Source: an uncultured Gemmatimonadales bacterium (GTDB lineage: Bacteria > Gemmatimonadota > Gemmatimonadetes > Gemmatimonadales > GWC2-71-9). Taken from it: a stretch of DNA of 64,000 nucleotides. The notes under the pieces were generated by a model that did not search any database, was not told the DNA's origin, and saw only the letters and a list, made by a program, of their open reading frames with translations. Location: assembly GCA_963828735.1 (NCBI GenBank), contig CAWHFW010000005.1:864001-928000 (forward strand). The letters run 5' to 3'. Made by a program: the position numbers and the translations under genes. Numbering within the stretch: position 1 is the stretch's first letter; every line of letters starts with the position of its first letter. Positions 20,499-30,460 of the stretch are shown piece after piece.

Positions 20499-21538
20499 CG
20501 CCGGAGACCAGGAAGCGGCTGGCCGGGATCGGAACGTTCGCCGTGGCCTTCGGGCTGCTGCTGCTCATCTTCCGGGTCGTCCCCTTCGCCGACGTCATGC
20601 GGTCCATCCGATCGGCCGAGCCGGGCAAGCTGGCGATCGGCTTCGGGCTCCTCTTTCTCGCCCGATTGCTCGCCGCGTGGCGGATGAAGCTCCTTACCGA
20701 CGAGCAGAACCTCCAGCTCACGCTCCCCGAGATCTTCGAGATCGGCACCACCTCGACATTCTATGGGCTGATCCTTCCGGGAACGCTTTCGGGTGGCCTG
20801 ATCCGGTGGTACAAGCTCGCACGTCAGGGGAACGCGGTCGGCGCGCTCGCCTCGCTCACCTGGGATCGCCTGGCCGACACGGTGGCGGTGGCGATCATCG
20901 GTATTCTCGGGTGGCAGCTGAGCCGTCCGACCGGGGCACACACGGTGATCGGACCCGGGATGCTCGCGGTGTGCGCGCTGCTCGTGGCGCTGTATGTCGC
21001 GGGGTTCTCGCGGATGGTGGGCGACGTGGTACTTGGGCCGATCGACGCCACGGCCCGGCGGCTAGGCCAGGGGTGGCTCCGTGGCAAGCTCGAGGCGGTC
21101 GCCGTCGCCGCTCGAAGCTATCACGGTCTCGGCGTCGCGTTTCCCGTCCGGGTCGCACTGCTCTCGTTGGCGGTGCAGCTGACGGGTAGCGTCGGGTTCT
21201 TCGTCTGGGCGCAGGCCCTGGGCTCGCCCGTCGGGCTGGCCGAGGTCACCTGGGCCCGTGCTTGCTACACACTGGTGCTCCTGCTGCCGATCACCTTCGC
21301 GGGCCTCGGCGCGCGCGAAGGCGTGCTGATCCTCCTGCTCAAGCCCTATGGCGTCACCGGCGCCGACGCCGTGGCGCTGTCCTTCATCCAGCTCGGCGGA
21401 ACGCTCATCCTCGCGCTGCTGGGCGCCGCCTTCGAGCTGCGCAGCTTCTGGCGGCGGCGTGCCGACGAGAAGGCCGTCCCGGCGCCCGATGCGTCGCTCG
21501 TCTCCGCTGGCCGGAAAGGCACGGACACCGGAGTTTGA
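20495..21538 (+). CDS. Lysylphosphatidylglycerol synthase TM-domain / UPF0104 flippase-like membrane protein
   Basis: Multi-TM; LPGTLSGGLIR, DRLAD, LPITFAGLGAREG. Confidence 0.85.
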   Translation: MTPETRKRLAGIGTFAVAFGLLLLIFRVVPFADVMRSIRSAEPGKLAIGFGLLFLARLLAAWRMKLLTDEQNLQLTLPEIFEIGTTSTFYGLILPGTLSGGLIRWYKLARQGNAVGALASLTWDRLADTVAVAIIGILGWQLSRPTGAHTVIGPGMLAVCALLVALYVAGFSRMVGDVVLGPIDATARRLGQGWLRGKLEAVAVAARSYHGLGVAFPVRVALLSLAVQLTGSVGFFVWAQALGSPVGLAEVTWARACYTLVLLLPITFAGLGAREGVLILLLKPYGVTGADAVALSFIQLGGTLILALLGAAFELRSFWRRRADEKAVPAPDASLVSAGRKGTDTGV

Positions 21539-21561
21539 GGGAGGCACGGCTGGAAACGACC

Positions 21562-21594
21562 GCGGCGCGCCGATGACGGCGCGCCGCTTGGTTT
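21562..21594. terminator. Putative terminator between convergent genes
   Basis: 11-bp stem GCGGCGCGCCG/CGGCGCGCCGC, loop ATGA, followed by TTGGTTT; AAA a few bases before the stem. Confidence 0.6.
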
Positions 21595-21613
21595 GTCGCG
21601 TTCCCGAGCCCGG

Positions 21614-23443
21614 TTATTCGACCGTCACCGACTTCGCCAGGTTCCGCGGCTGATCCACGTTGCACCCGCGCGCCACCGCCACGTAGTACGACAGCAGCTG
21701 GAGCGGGATGCTCGTGAGGATCGGGGTCAGCATGTCGAGCGTTTCCGGGATCGCGAAGGTGGCGTCCGCCAGGCGCTCGATCTCCGTGTCGCCTTCGTTG
21801 ATGAGCGCGATCACCTTCCCGCCGCGCGCCTTCACCTCTTCGATGTTGGACACGATCTTCGAGTGGACCGCGTCGCGCGGCGCGATGAAGACGACCGGCA
21901 TGTTCTCGTCAATGAGCGCGATGGGTCCGTGCTTCATCTCCGCGGCGGGGTAGCCCTCGGCGTGGATGTAGGAGATTTCCTTGAGCTTGAGCGCCCCCTC
22001 GAGCGCCACCGGGAAGTTCACGCCCCGACCGAGGTAGAGGGCGTTCGACGTGGTCTTGAGGAAGCGGTCGGCCAGCGACTCGATCTCGCTCGAGCGCCCG
22101 AGGATGTCGGCGATCTGCTCCGGCAGCCGGCGCAGCGCCTCGATGAACTGCCGCCCCTGGAGAATGCTGAGGTTCCTCAGCCTGGCGAGGCGCAGCGTTA
22201 CCAGCGCCAGCGCGGCCACCTGACTGGTGAACGCCTTGGTGCTCGCCACGCCCACCTCGGGGCCGGCGTGCAGGTAAATGCCGCCGTCCACTTCCCGCGC
22301 GATCGTCGAGCCCACCACATTCACCAGCCCCACCGTCCGTGCGCCGCGGCGCTTCGCCTCACGGATCGCCGCGAGCGTGTCGGCGGTCTCGCCGCTCTGC
22401 GAGATCCCGATGACCAGCGTCCGGCTGTCCACCACCGGGTTGCGGTAGCGGAACTCGGAGGCATACTCGACCTCGACCGGGATCCGGGCCATCTCCTCGA
22501 GCATGTACTCGCCGATCAGCCCCGAGTGCCATGAGGTGCCGCAGGCCGTGATGACGATCCGCTCGATCTGCTTGAGCTCGTCGTCGCCCAGGTTGAGCCC
22601 GTGGACGCGCGACGTGCCCTCGTCGTCGAGCAGGTGGCCGCGGAGCGTATTGCACAGGCTCTCCGGCTGCTCGCAGATCTCCTTGAGCATGAAGTGCGCG
22701 AAGCCATTCCGCTCGACCATCGCCAGATCCCAGTCGATCTGGTTCACCGGCTTGCTGATGCGCGTGGTCTGGAGGTTCCGCACGCGGTAGCCGTCCCTGG
22801 TGAGTACCACCAGCTCGCCGTCGTCCAGGTACACGACCGAGCGGGTGTGCTGGAGCAGTGGTGAGGCGTCGGACGCAACGAACCACTCGTTCTCGCCCAC
22901 GCCGACGAGCAGCGGCGAGCCCTTGCGCGCCGCCACGAGCACGCCGGGCTCGTCGGCGGAGATGAACGCCAGCCCGTATGCGCCGTCCACGTCGCGCAGC
23001 GCCTCGGCGACGGCCTCTTCCAGGTTGCCCTGGTAGAACTCGCCGACGAGATGCGCGAGCACCTCGGTGTCGGTTTCGCTCTTGAAGGTGTGGCCGCGTG
23101 CCTCGAGCGCCTTCCGGATCGCGTTCGAGTTCTCGATGATCCCGTTGTGGATCACCGCGATGCGGCCGCTCTGGTCGGTGTGGGGATGGGCGTTCGGCGT
23201 GGTGGGCGCGCCGTGCGTGGCCCAGCGCGTGTGCCCGATGCCGAGGGTGCCCATCGGCATCTGGGTCGTCAGCTCCTGCTCGAGCACGCTCAGCTTGCCG
23301 GCGGCCTTCATGACCTTCAAGCCGTTGCCGTTCACGACCGCGATGCCCGACGAATCGTAACCGCGATATTCGAGGCGGCGCAGCCCTTCCAGGAGCAGCC
23401 CTGCCGCCTGCCTGGGTCCGATGTAGCCCACGATGCCACACAT
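21614..23443 (-). CDS. glmS: Glutamine--fructose-6-phosphate aminotransferase
   Basis: MCGIVG, EYRGYDS, GHTRWATHG, SQSGET, C-terminal PRNLAKSVTVE. Confidence 0.98.
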   Translation of the reverse strand: MCGIVGYIGPRQAAGLLLEGLRRLEYRGYDSSGIAVVNGNGLKVMKAAGKLSVLEQELTTQMPMGTLGIGHTRWATHGAPTTPNAHPHTDQSGRIAVIHNGIIENSNAIRKALEARGHTFKSETDTEVLAHLVGEFYQGNLEEAVAEALRDVDGAYGLAFISADEPGVLVAARKGSPLLVGVGENEWFVASDASPLLQHTRSVVYLDDGELVVLTRDGYRVRNLQTTRISKPVNQIDWDLAMVERNGFAHFMLKEICEQPESLCNTLRGHLLDDEGTSRVHGLNLGDDELKQIERIVITACGTSWHSGLIGEYMLEEMARIPVEVEYASEFRYRNPVVDSRTLVIGISQSGETADTLAAIREAKRRGARTVGLVNVVGSTIAREVDGGIYLHAGPEVGVASTKAFTSQVAALALVTLRLARLRNLSILQGRQFIEALRRLPEQIADILGRSSEIESLADRFLKTTSNALYLGRGVNFPVALEGALKLKEISYIHAEGYPAAEMKHGPIALIDENMPVVFIAPRDAVHSKIVSNIEEVKARGGKVIALINEGDTEIERLADATFAIPETLDMLTPILTSIPLQLLSYYVAVARGCNVDQPRNLAKSVTVE

Positions 23444-23456
23444 CAGGCCATGTCCC

Positions 23457-24845
23457 TCAGTGCAAGAGTTCGCGAGCCGCCGCAATCAGCGCCTCGGCGT
23501 CCCGGGTCGTCGGCGCTTCGGCGATGAGCCTCACGATCGGCTCGGTGCCCGACGGGCGAACGTGGAGCCAGCGGTCTTGCCACGACAACCGGAGTCCGTC
23601 CCTGTCGTCGGCGTCGGCTTCTGCGAACCGTGAGCGCAGGCGGTCGTACAGTCGGCCCAGTTCCGGCCCGCGCGGTCCCTTGGCCTTGACGATGGTATAC
23701 CGGGGTGACGAGGCGACCAGCTCGGACACCGTTACCCTAAGAGTCGCAAGGAGATGCAAGATCAAGGCCACGCCCAGGGGCGCGTCGCGTCCGATGTGCA
23801 GTGCGGGCAGCATGACTCCTCCATTCCCTTCGCCGCCGATGACCGCGCGCTCGTCTCGAATGGTACGAGCCACGTTGGCTTCGCCCACCGGCGCGCGAAT
23901 CACGCGTGCCCCAGCGGCCCGGGCGGCATCCTCCACGACCAGACTGGTCGAGAGATTGACCACGACGGTCGGGATTTGTGCGTCACTGCTGCGTCGATCC
24001 AACACTGCCCGAACGGCGAACGCGAGCGTGTAGTCCTCGCCGATCGGATGCCCGCGCTCGTCCACCAGTGCGAGGCGATCGACGTCGGGATCTACCGCGA
24101 GCCCGACGTCGGCACCGCTTCGGCGCACCAGCTCGCCGAGGTCGCCCAGATTCTCCGGCACCGGCTCCGGCGCCCTGGGGAACCGGCCGTCGGGATCGAG
24201 ATTGATCCCGGTCATGCGGCAGCCGAGTCGCTCGAGCAGCGGCGGGATTGCCGACGCACCCGCTCCACGCACGCAGTCCAAGGCAACATGGAAGCCTCTG
24301 GCGCGGATCGCGGTGACGTCGATCATGGGCAGTGCGAGCACGGCGTCGAGGTGGCGTGCCACCGCGTCCCGATCCTCGCGGACGACCCCGAGACCTTCCC
24401 ACCCCAGTCGCGGCGGGCCCGCGTCGGCGAGCGCGCGGACATGGGCCCCCGCGTCTGCGTCGAGAAAGATCCCGTCGGGCCCGACGAACTTGAGCGCATT
24501 CCACTCGATCGGGTTGTGGCTCGCGGTCAGGATGAGGCCGGCGCCGGCCCCATGGTGCTCGACGGCCATCTGCACCGTCGGCGTCGGCACCACGCCGACG
24601 TCGATCACGTCCACGCCCACCGACATGAAGCCGGCGGCCGCCGCGTGCGCGAACATCGGTCCGCTGGTTCGCGCATCCCGCCCGAGCACCACTGCCGGAC
24701 GCGCGGCGCCGGCGGTGCCGCCCGCGGCCGAGGTGCGCACCCAGGCGCCGAGGGCCGCGGCGTAGCGTGCCACCAGCTCCGGCGTGAGATCGGTGCCGAC
24801 GTGGCCGCGGATCCCGGAGACGCTGATCATGAGCGTGTCGGACAT
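23457..24845 (-). CDS. glmM: Phosphoglucosamine mutase (phosphohexomutase family)
   Basis: SVSGIRG, TASHNP, DPDVDR, GEGNGG, RPSGTEP; adjacent to glmS. Confidence 0.88.
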   Translation of the reverse strand: MSDTLMISVSGIRGHVGTDLTPELVARYAAALGAWVRTSAAGGTAGAARPAVVLGRDARTSGPMFAHAAAAGFMSVGVDVIDVGVVPTPTVQMAVEHHGAGAGLILTASHNPIEWNALKFVGPDGIFLDADAGAHVRALADAGPPRLGWEGLGVVREDRDAVARHLDAVLALPMIDVTAIRARGFHVALDCVRGAGASAIPPLLERLGCRMTGINLDPDGRFPRAPEPVPENLGDLGELVRRSGADVGLAVDPDVDRLALVDERGHPIGEDYTLAFAVRAVLDRRSSDAQIPTVVVNLSTSLVVEDAARAAGARVIRAPVGEANVARTIRDERAVIGGEGNGGVMLPALHIGRDAPLGVALILHLLATLRVTVSELVASSPRYTIVKAKGPRGPELGRLYDRLRSRFAEADADDRDGLRLSWQDRWLHVRPSGTEPIVRLIAEAPTTRDAEALIAAARELLH

Positions 24846-24865
24846 CGGAGGGAGTTCCGGGTTCG

Positions 24866-25912
24866 TCAGGCGGAGATGAGGAGCGCGGCGGGGTCGGGGT
24901 ACGCGCGCATGAACGCTTCGACGATGTCGGCGTCGAAGTGCGTCCCGGCACACTGCTTGAGCTCGAGGACCGCGGCGGCGGGAGTCCGGGACGGACGGTA
25001 CGCGCGGTTCGTGGTCATGGCGTCGAACGCGTCCACCACCGCGACGATACGCGCCTCCTGCGGAATGGCGTCGCCAACCAGCCCGTCGGGAAAGCCGCCC
25101 CCATCCAGCCGCTCGTGATGCGACCGGACGATGCGAAGCACGCTCAGCGACTCGGCCAGGAACGGCGCCAGGATGCGCTCGCCGAGCGCCGTGTGTCCCT
25201 TGATGTGCTGAAACTCGGCGGGACTCAGCGGACCGGGCTTGTTGAGGATGTCCTCGCGGGTTCCGATCTTGCCGATGTCGTGCAGCTCGCCGCCAAGGCG
25301 GATTTGCTCGAGCCGGTCGCCGGTGTACCCGAGCTGCACCGCGGTTTTCACGGCGTAGCGCGACACGCGGGTGGAGTGTCCACTGGTATAGGCGTCCTTG
25401 GCTTCGAGCGCGTGCACGAGCATCTGCACGCCGTTGATGAGCGATTGCTTGTTGCGCCGGTCGAGCTCGCGCACCCGGCTCTCGAGGTGCTGCTGGTAGA
25501 ACCGGTTCTGGAGCACGAGATCGCGCTTCTCCAGCGCCTTGTCCACCCGCGCCCGCACCTCCTCGATCAGGACCGGCTTCGAGATGTAGTCGAGCGCGCC
25601 GAGCTTGAGGCATTCGACGGCCGTCGCGACTTCGGCGACCCCGGTGAGCATCACGACGGCCATGTCGGGATAGCGCTGCAGCGCTTCGCGCAGGAACGTG
25701 ACGCCGTCCATCTCGGGCATGTAGATGTCCGAGATGACGATGGGCACTTCGCCGTCGCGCTCGAGGATGGCGAGCGCCTCGGCGCCGGAGGAGGCTTCGA
25801 TGGCCGCCAGTCCGTGGGCCTCGATGACTCTCGCGAGCGAGTGCCGCACCTGAGCATCGTCGTCCACGACCAGGCACCGCGCTGCGACAGGTCCGGGAAA
25901 CGGGGATGGCAC
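24866..25912 (-). CDS. Response regulator with HD-GYP phosphodiesterase domain (RpfG-like)
   Basis: REC VVDDD..ISDI..LTG..KP; YTSGHS, HDIGKIG, HHERLDGGGFPDGL. Confidence 0.92.
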   Translation of the reverse strand: MPSPFPGPVAARCLVVDDDAQVRHSLARVIEAHGLAAIEASSGAEALAILERDGEVPIVISDIYMPEMDGVTFLREALQRYPDMAVVMLTGVAEVATAVECLKLGALDYISKPVLIEEVRARVDKALEKRDLVLQNRFYQQHLESRVRELDRRNKQSLINGVQMLVHALEAKDAYTSGHSTRVSRYAVKTAVQLGYTGDRLEQIRLGGELHDIGKIGTREDILNKPGPLSPAEFQHIKGHTALGERILAPFLAESLSVLRIVRSHHERLDGGGFPDGLVGDAIPQEARIVAVVDAFDAMTTNRAYRPSRTPAAAVLELKQCAGTHFDADIVEAFMRAYPDPAALLISA

Positions 25913-26002
25913 GCCCCGAAGGTAACCGCGTCGAGGCCCCCTCTACAACCGCGCGCGCCTCGTCATTACGCTTCTGCCACCTTCACCTGCCCCGGCTCCG
26001 CG

Positions 26003-27178
26003 ATGACCCGCATTCTGCCGCACGATCACGATCACCGATTCGCCACCCGCTCGGTCCACGCCGGCCAAACGCCCGAGCCGCTGGCGGGCGCCGTCATGAC
26101 GCCGATCTACCAGACCTCGACCTACGTCCAGGAAGGACTGGGCCGACACAAGGGTTACGAGTACGCGCGCACGCAGAATCCCACTCGTGAAGCGCTCGAG
26201 CGCAACGTGGCGGCGCTCGAAGGCGCCACCCACGGATTCGCGTTCGGCTCGGGCCTCGCCGCGCTCGACGCCGTGCTCAAGCTGCTCCGAAGCGGCGATC
26301 ACGTCGTGTGCGGCGAGAACGTCTACGGCGGCACGCACCGGCTCATGGAGCGCGTGTACGCGCAGCTCGGCCTTTCGTTCACGTTCGTCGACATGCGCGA
26401 CGTGGCCAACGTGGAGCGGGCGATCACCCCCGCCACACGGGTGGTGTACTGCGAGACGCCCACCAACCCGATGATGAACCTGGTGGACCTCGCGGCCGTG
26501 GGCGATCTGACCCAGGCGCGGGGGCTGCTCAACGTCGTGGACAACACGTTCGCGACGCCGTTCTTTCAGCGCCCGCTCGAATTCGGCACCGACGTGGTGC
26601 TCCATTCGACCACCAAGTATCTCAACGGCCACAGCGACATGGTGGGCGGTCTCCTCGTCACGTCCCGGGACGACCTGGCCGAACGGATCGGCTTCATTCA
26701 AAACGCGGCCGGCGGTGTCCCGGGCCCGATGGACTGCTGGCTGGCCCTGCGCGGCATCAAGACCCTCCCGCTCCGCATGCGGCAGCACGACGCCAACGGG
26801 CGGCGCGTGGCGGACTGGCTCGCGCACCGGCGGGACGTGACCCGCTTGTACTATCCCGGGCTCCCGTCCCATCCGCAGCACGAGCTCGCCTGTCGGCAGA
26901 TGACGGGGTTCGGCGGCATGATCTCGCTCGACCTGGGTAATGTGGCCCGCGCGCGCCGATTCGTCGAAGCGACCAGGGTGTTCGCCCTCGCCGAGTCGCT
27001 CGGTGGCGTCGAGAGCCTGATCGGGCATCCCGCCAGCATGACGCACGCGTCGGTGCCGCCCGCGATGCGCCAGGAGATGGGTCTCACCGACAGCCTGGTG
27101 CGGTTGAGCTGTGGGGTCGAGGACGCGGACGACCTCATCGAGGACCTGGATCAGGCGTTCGCGGCAAGCGTTCGGTAG
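26003..27178 (+). CDS. Cystathionine gamma-synthase/gamma-lyase (PLP transsulfuration family)
   Basis: PIYQTSTY, YARTQNPT, ETPTNP, VDNTF, HSTTKYLNGHSD, AESLGGVESL. Confidence 0.93.
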   Translation: MTRILPHDHDHRFATRSVHAGQTPEPLAGAVMTPIYQTSTYVQEGLGRHKGYEYARTQNPTREALERNVAALEGATHGFAFGSGLAALDAVLKLLRSGDHVVCGENVYGGTHRLMERVYAQLGLSFTFVDMRDVANVERAITPATRVVYCETPTNPMMNLVDLAAVGDLTQARGLLNVVDNTFATPFFQRPLEFGTDVVLHSTTKYLNGHSDMVGGLLVTSRDDLAERIGFIQNAAGGVPGPMDCWLALRGIKTLPLRMRQHDANGRRVADWLAHRRDVTRLYYPGLPSHPQHELACRQMTGFGGMISLDLGNVARARRFVEATRVFALAESLGGVESLIGHPASMTHASVPPAMRQEMGLTDSLVRLSCGVEDADDLIEDLDQAFAASVR

Positions 27179-27217
27179 CGCTCCTCGCCTCGGACACGGA
27201 TCCTGTTCGTCGCAGAA

Positions 27218-27243
27218 TGAAACCCTAGAGGCCGGCAGTCGTA
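27218..27243 (+). promoter_or_regulatory. SigW-type ECF promoter TGAAAC-N16-CGTA
   Basis: Exact match to the B. subtilis SigW consensus, ending 29 nt before the M48 start codon. Confidence 0.65.
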
Positions 27244-27272
27244 AGGCTGCGCATCCCCAACCCGAGTCGCCA

Positions 27273-28289
27273 ATGAGCACGACCCTGCCCGCCCAGCGTC
27301 CCCGCCGCACCTTCCCCGAGATCTCCGCCGTCTCGTGGGAGCATCAGGCCGACCGGGCCGCCCTGCAGACGCTGCGATCCATCCCCGGCGTGGACGAGGT
27401 CATCCGGAAGACGCTGGCGCTGCTGGGCGGCGAGCGCGGCGTCCGGCTGCTCTTTCAGGGCAACGCCGTTCGCATCGGGCCGGCGCAGTTCCCCAAGCTC
27501 TGGCACCTCCACAACGAGGTGGTCACCACCTTCGATTGGCCCACGGTCCCGGAGCTGTACGTCTCGCAAACGCCGTTCTTCAACGCGGGCGCTTACGGCA
27601 TCGACAAGCCATTCATCGTCATTCACTCCGCGGCCGTCGAGCTGCTGGACGACGATGAGCTCCGGGTGCTGCTCTCGCACGAGCTCGGCCACGTCATGAG
27701 CGGCCACGCACTCTACCGTACCATCGCCGCGATCCTCGCGCTCATCAGCCTCGGCGCCCTCCCGACGCTCGCGAGTCTGGCCGTGCTGCCGGTCCGCCTG
27801 GCGTTCCTCGAGTGGTCGCGGAAGTCCGAGCTCTCCGCGGACCGCGCCGGGGTGCTCGGCGCTCAGGACATCGTGGCCGCGCAGCGCCTGGACATGAAGA
27901 TGGCCGGCGGAGGGCGCGGCAACGGCTTCGCGGGACAGCTCAACGTGGATGCGTTCATGCAGCAGGCGCACGAGTATGCGGCGAGCGGCGAAGGTCTGGA
28001 CGTGGTCTACAAGGTGCTCAGCACGCTCGCGCTCACGCATCCGATGCACACCGTCCGGGCCGCGGAACTTCAGCGCTGGGTCAACGGCGGCGACTACGAC
28101 CGCATCCTCCGAGGCGAGTACTCCCGCCGCGGATCCGAGACCACGGAGCGCCCCCTGGGCGACGACCTGAACGCCGCCGGCACCTACTACGCGGGCGAGG
28201 CGCGCGAGCTCGCCAGCCAGGTCGCCGAGGCGGCGAAGCGAGCCGCGGAGCGCGCCCGCGACGCCTTCCGGAACGCGCAGAAGTCGTGA
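27273..28289 (+). CDS. M48-family Zn metallopeptidase (HtpX/Ste24-like)
   Basis: FNAGAYG, HELGH, ELSADRAG, THP. Confidence 0.9.
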   Translation: MSTTLPAQRPRRTFPEISAVSWEHQADRAALQTLRSIPGVDEVIRKTLALLGGERGVRLLFQGNAVRIGPAQFPKLWHLHNEVVTTFDWPTVPELYVSQTPFFNAGAYGIDKPFIVIHSAAVELLDDDELRVLLSHELGHVMSGHALYRTIAAILALISLGALPTLASLAVLPVRLAFLEWSRKSELSADRAGVLGAQDIVAAQRLDMKMAGGGRGNGFAGQLNVDAFMQQAHEYAASGEGLDVVYKVLSTLALTHPMHTVRAAELQRWVNGGDYDRILRGEYSRRGSETTERPLGDDLNAAGTYYAGEARELASQVAEAAKRAAERARDAFRNAQKS

Positions 28290-29575
28290 GGCTCCTGGTC
28301 GTCGGCGGCGGCGGGCGAGAGCACGCGCTCTGCTGGGCCCTCCGCCGCGAAAATCCCGACGGCGACCTGTTCTGCGCGCCCGGGAATCCGGGTACCGCCG
28401 AGCTCGGCACCAACCTCCCCATCGCCGCCGACGATCTCGACCGCATCGCGGATGCGGCGGACATGCACGGCATCGATCTCACGATCATCGGTCCCGAGGT
28501 ACCGCTCGCCCGCGGCCTGGCCGATCGCCTTCGCGCCGAAGGCCGGGCGGTTTTCGGACCGAGCGCGGCGGCTGCGCAGCTCGAGGCCTCGAAGGCGTTC
28601 TCGAAGGAGGTCATGGCGGCGGCGGGCATCCCTACGGCCGCGAGCCGCACCTTTCAGGACCTCGCCGAGGCTCTCGCGTACGTGGACCGGCACGCCGAGC
28701 CCCTGGTGGTGAAGGCCTCGGGCCTGGCCGCCGGGAAGGGAGCCGTGGTGTGCGCCACGCGCGCCGACGCGGCCGGCACGGTTCGCTCGATGCTGGGCGA
28801 GCGGACTTTCGGCGAGGCCGGCGCGACCGTGGTCATCGAGGACTATCTCGTCGGCGAAGAGATCTCCGTCCTCGCCCTGACCGACGGACGCGAGGTCGAG
28901 ATCCTGCCCGTGTCCCAGGACCACAAGCGTCTGCTCGAGGGCGACACCGGACCGAACACGGGCGGCATGGGCGCCTACAGCCCCGTGGCGATCGCGACGC
29001 CCGCCATTCTGGATCGCGCGCGCCGGGAGGTCCTGTACCCGGCGTTGACCGAGATGGTCAGGCGTGGCACGCCGTTCACGGGCGTGCTCTACGCGGGCCT
29101 GATGGTGGACGATCAGGGTACGCCGTGGGTGGTGGAGTTCAACTGCCGGCTGGGAGATCCCGAGACGCAAGTGGTGCTGCCGCTCGTCTCTGCCGGGCTC
29201 ACGGACGCGCTCTGGCGGGTTGCTCGGGGCGAGGGTGTCGCGCCGATTGCCCGTCGCGCCGGCGAGGCATCCGTGACCACGGTGCTCGCCTCGCGCGGAT
29301 ATCCGGATCATCCGGAGAAGGGCGCCGCGATCACCATCCCCGCACAGCTTCCTCCGGGCGTCACCGTCTTTCACGCGGGCACCGCGCGGGGCGCCGACGG
29401 CGTACTCCGCGCGAGCGGTGGGCGCGTCCTCAACGTGACGGCCGTGGCCCCCACGTTCGCCGAGGCGCAGCGCTTGAGCCGCGAGACCGCCGAGGCGATC
29501 GAGTTCGAGGGAAAGGTCTTTCGCCGGGACATCGGCTGGAGGGAAGCGGCAAGACAGAATGCGGAGGTGGGCTGA
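28286..29575 (+). CDS. purD: Phosphoribosylamine--glycine ligase
   Basis: GGGGREHAL, APGNPG, GLAAGKG, QDHKR, GPNTGGMGAY, EFNCRLGDPE. Confidence 0.97.
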   Translation: MRLLVVGGGGREHALCWALRRENPDGDLFCAPGNPGTAELGTNLPIAADDLDRIADAADMHGIDLTIIGPEVPLARGLADRLRAEGRAVFGPSAAAAQLEASKAFSKEVMAAAGIPTAASRTFQDLAEALAYVDRHAEPLVVKASGLAAGKGAVVCATRADAAGTVRSMLGERTFGEAGATVVIEDYLVGEEISVLALTDGREVEILPVSQDHKRLLEGDTGPNTGGMGAYSPVAIATPAILDRARREVLYPALTEMVRRGTPFTGVLYAGLMVDDQGTPWVVEFNCRLGDPETQVVLPLVSAGLTDALWRVARGEGVAPIARRAGEASVTTVLASRGYPDHPEKGAAITIPAQLPPGVTVFHAGTARGADGVLRASGGRVLNVTAVAPTFAEAQRLSRETAEAIEFEGKVFRRDIGWREAARQNAEVG

Positions 29576-29635
29576 CGCCGTTCAGGTTCCTTCCGCACGA
29601 CGTCCGGGCTGCGCCTCCCGTTACATTTCCCACCG

Positions 29636-30460
29636 ATGCCCGAGCTTCCCGAAGTCGAAACCATCGTCCGTGACATCCGCCCCGCTCTCGTCGGCCGCCA
29701 GCTCGGCCGAGTCTCGCTGAGTCATGACGACATCCTGCGTGGCGTGAGCCGGCGGCGCCTCGTCCGCGACGTGAGCGGCGCCACCGTTCATGCCGTCTCC
29801 CGCCGCGCCAAGCACGCGGTGCTCGACCTCGGCGGCCGGCGCCTCATCGTGCAACCGGGGATGACCGGCTCGCTCATCGTCTACGATCGGCCGCTGGACG
29901 CCGACGAGGCGCGGTACGCCGTGCTGCGCGCGCCGCTCGACAACGGGCGAGAGCTGGTCTACCGCGATGTGCGGCGCATCGGCAAGCTGCTGCTGCTCGA
30001 CGAGAAGGGATGGCGGCGCTACACCGACGCGATCGGTCCGGAGCCCCTCGCCACGAGCTTCACACCTGAACGCTTCGGAGAAGTCCTGGGCGGCTCTCGC
30101 CAAGCAGTGAAGAAGGTGCTCATGGATCAGCGCCACCTGGCGGGGGTCGGAAACATCTACGCGAACGAGGCCCTGTTCGCGGCGGGGATCGACCCGTCGA
30201 AGCCAGCGCGGCGCCTCGACGCCGACGACCACCGTCGTCTGCATGCCGAGCTCCGCCGCATCCTGCGGGCGGCGATCCGCTCGAATGGCACGACGGTTCG
30301 GGACTATCGCACCGGCACGGGCCAGTCCGGCAGCTTCCAGCTCGAGCTCCTCGTGTACGGCCGCGACGGCGAGCCCTGCCGTCACTGCGGCACGCGTCTG
30401 GTCGGGACCCACGCGATCGACGGCCGCATCACCGTCTTCTGCCATCGCTGCCAGTCGTGA
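29636..30460 (+). CDS. mutM: Formamidopyrimidine-DNA glycosylase
   Basis: MPELPEVET, GMTG, AGVGNIYANE, C-terminal CRHC..CHRCQ zinc finger. Confidence 0.97.
   Translation: MPELPEVETIVRDIRPALVGRQLGRVSLSHDDILRGVSRRRLVRDVSGATVHAVSRRAKHAVLDLGGRRLIVQPGMTGSLIVYDRPLDADEARYAVLRAPLDNGRELVYRDVRRIGKLLLLDEKGWRRYTDAIGPEPLATSFTPERFGEVLGGSRQAVKKVLMDQRHLAGVGNIYANEALFAAGIDPSKPARRLDADDHRRLHAELRRILRAAIRSNGTTVRDYRTGTGQSGSFQLELLVYGRDGEPCRHCGTRLVGTHAIDGRITVFCHRCQS

Noticed and set aside
23444..23456. glmS ribozyme
   Set aside because: Only 13 nt separate glmM and glmS
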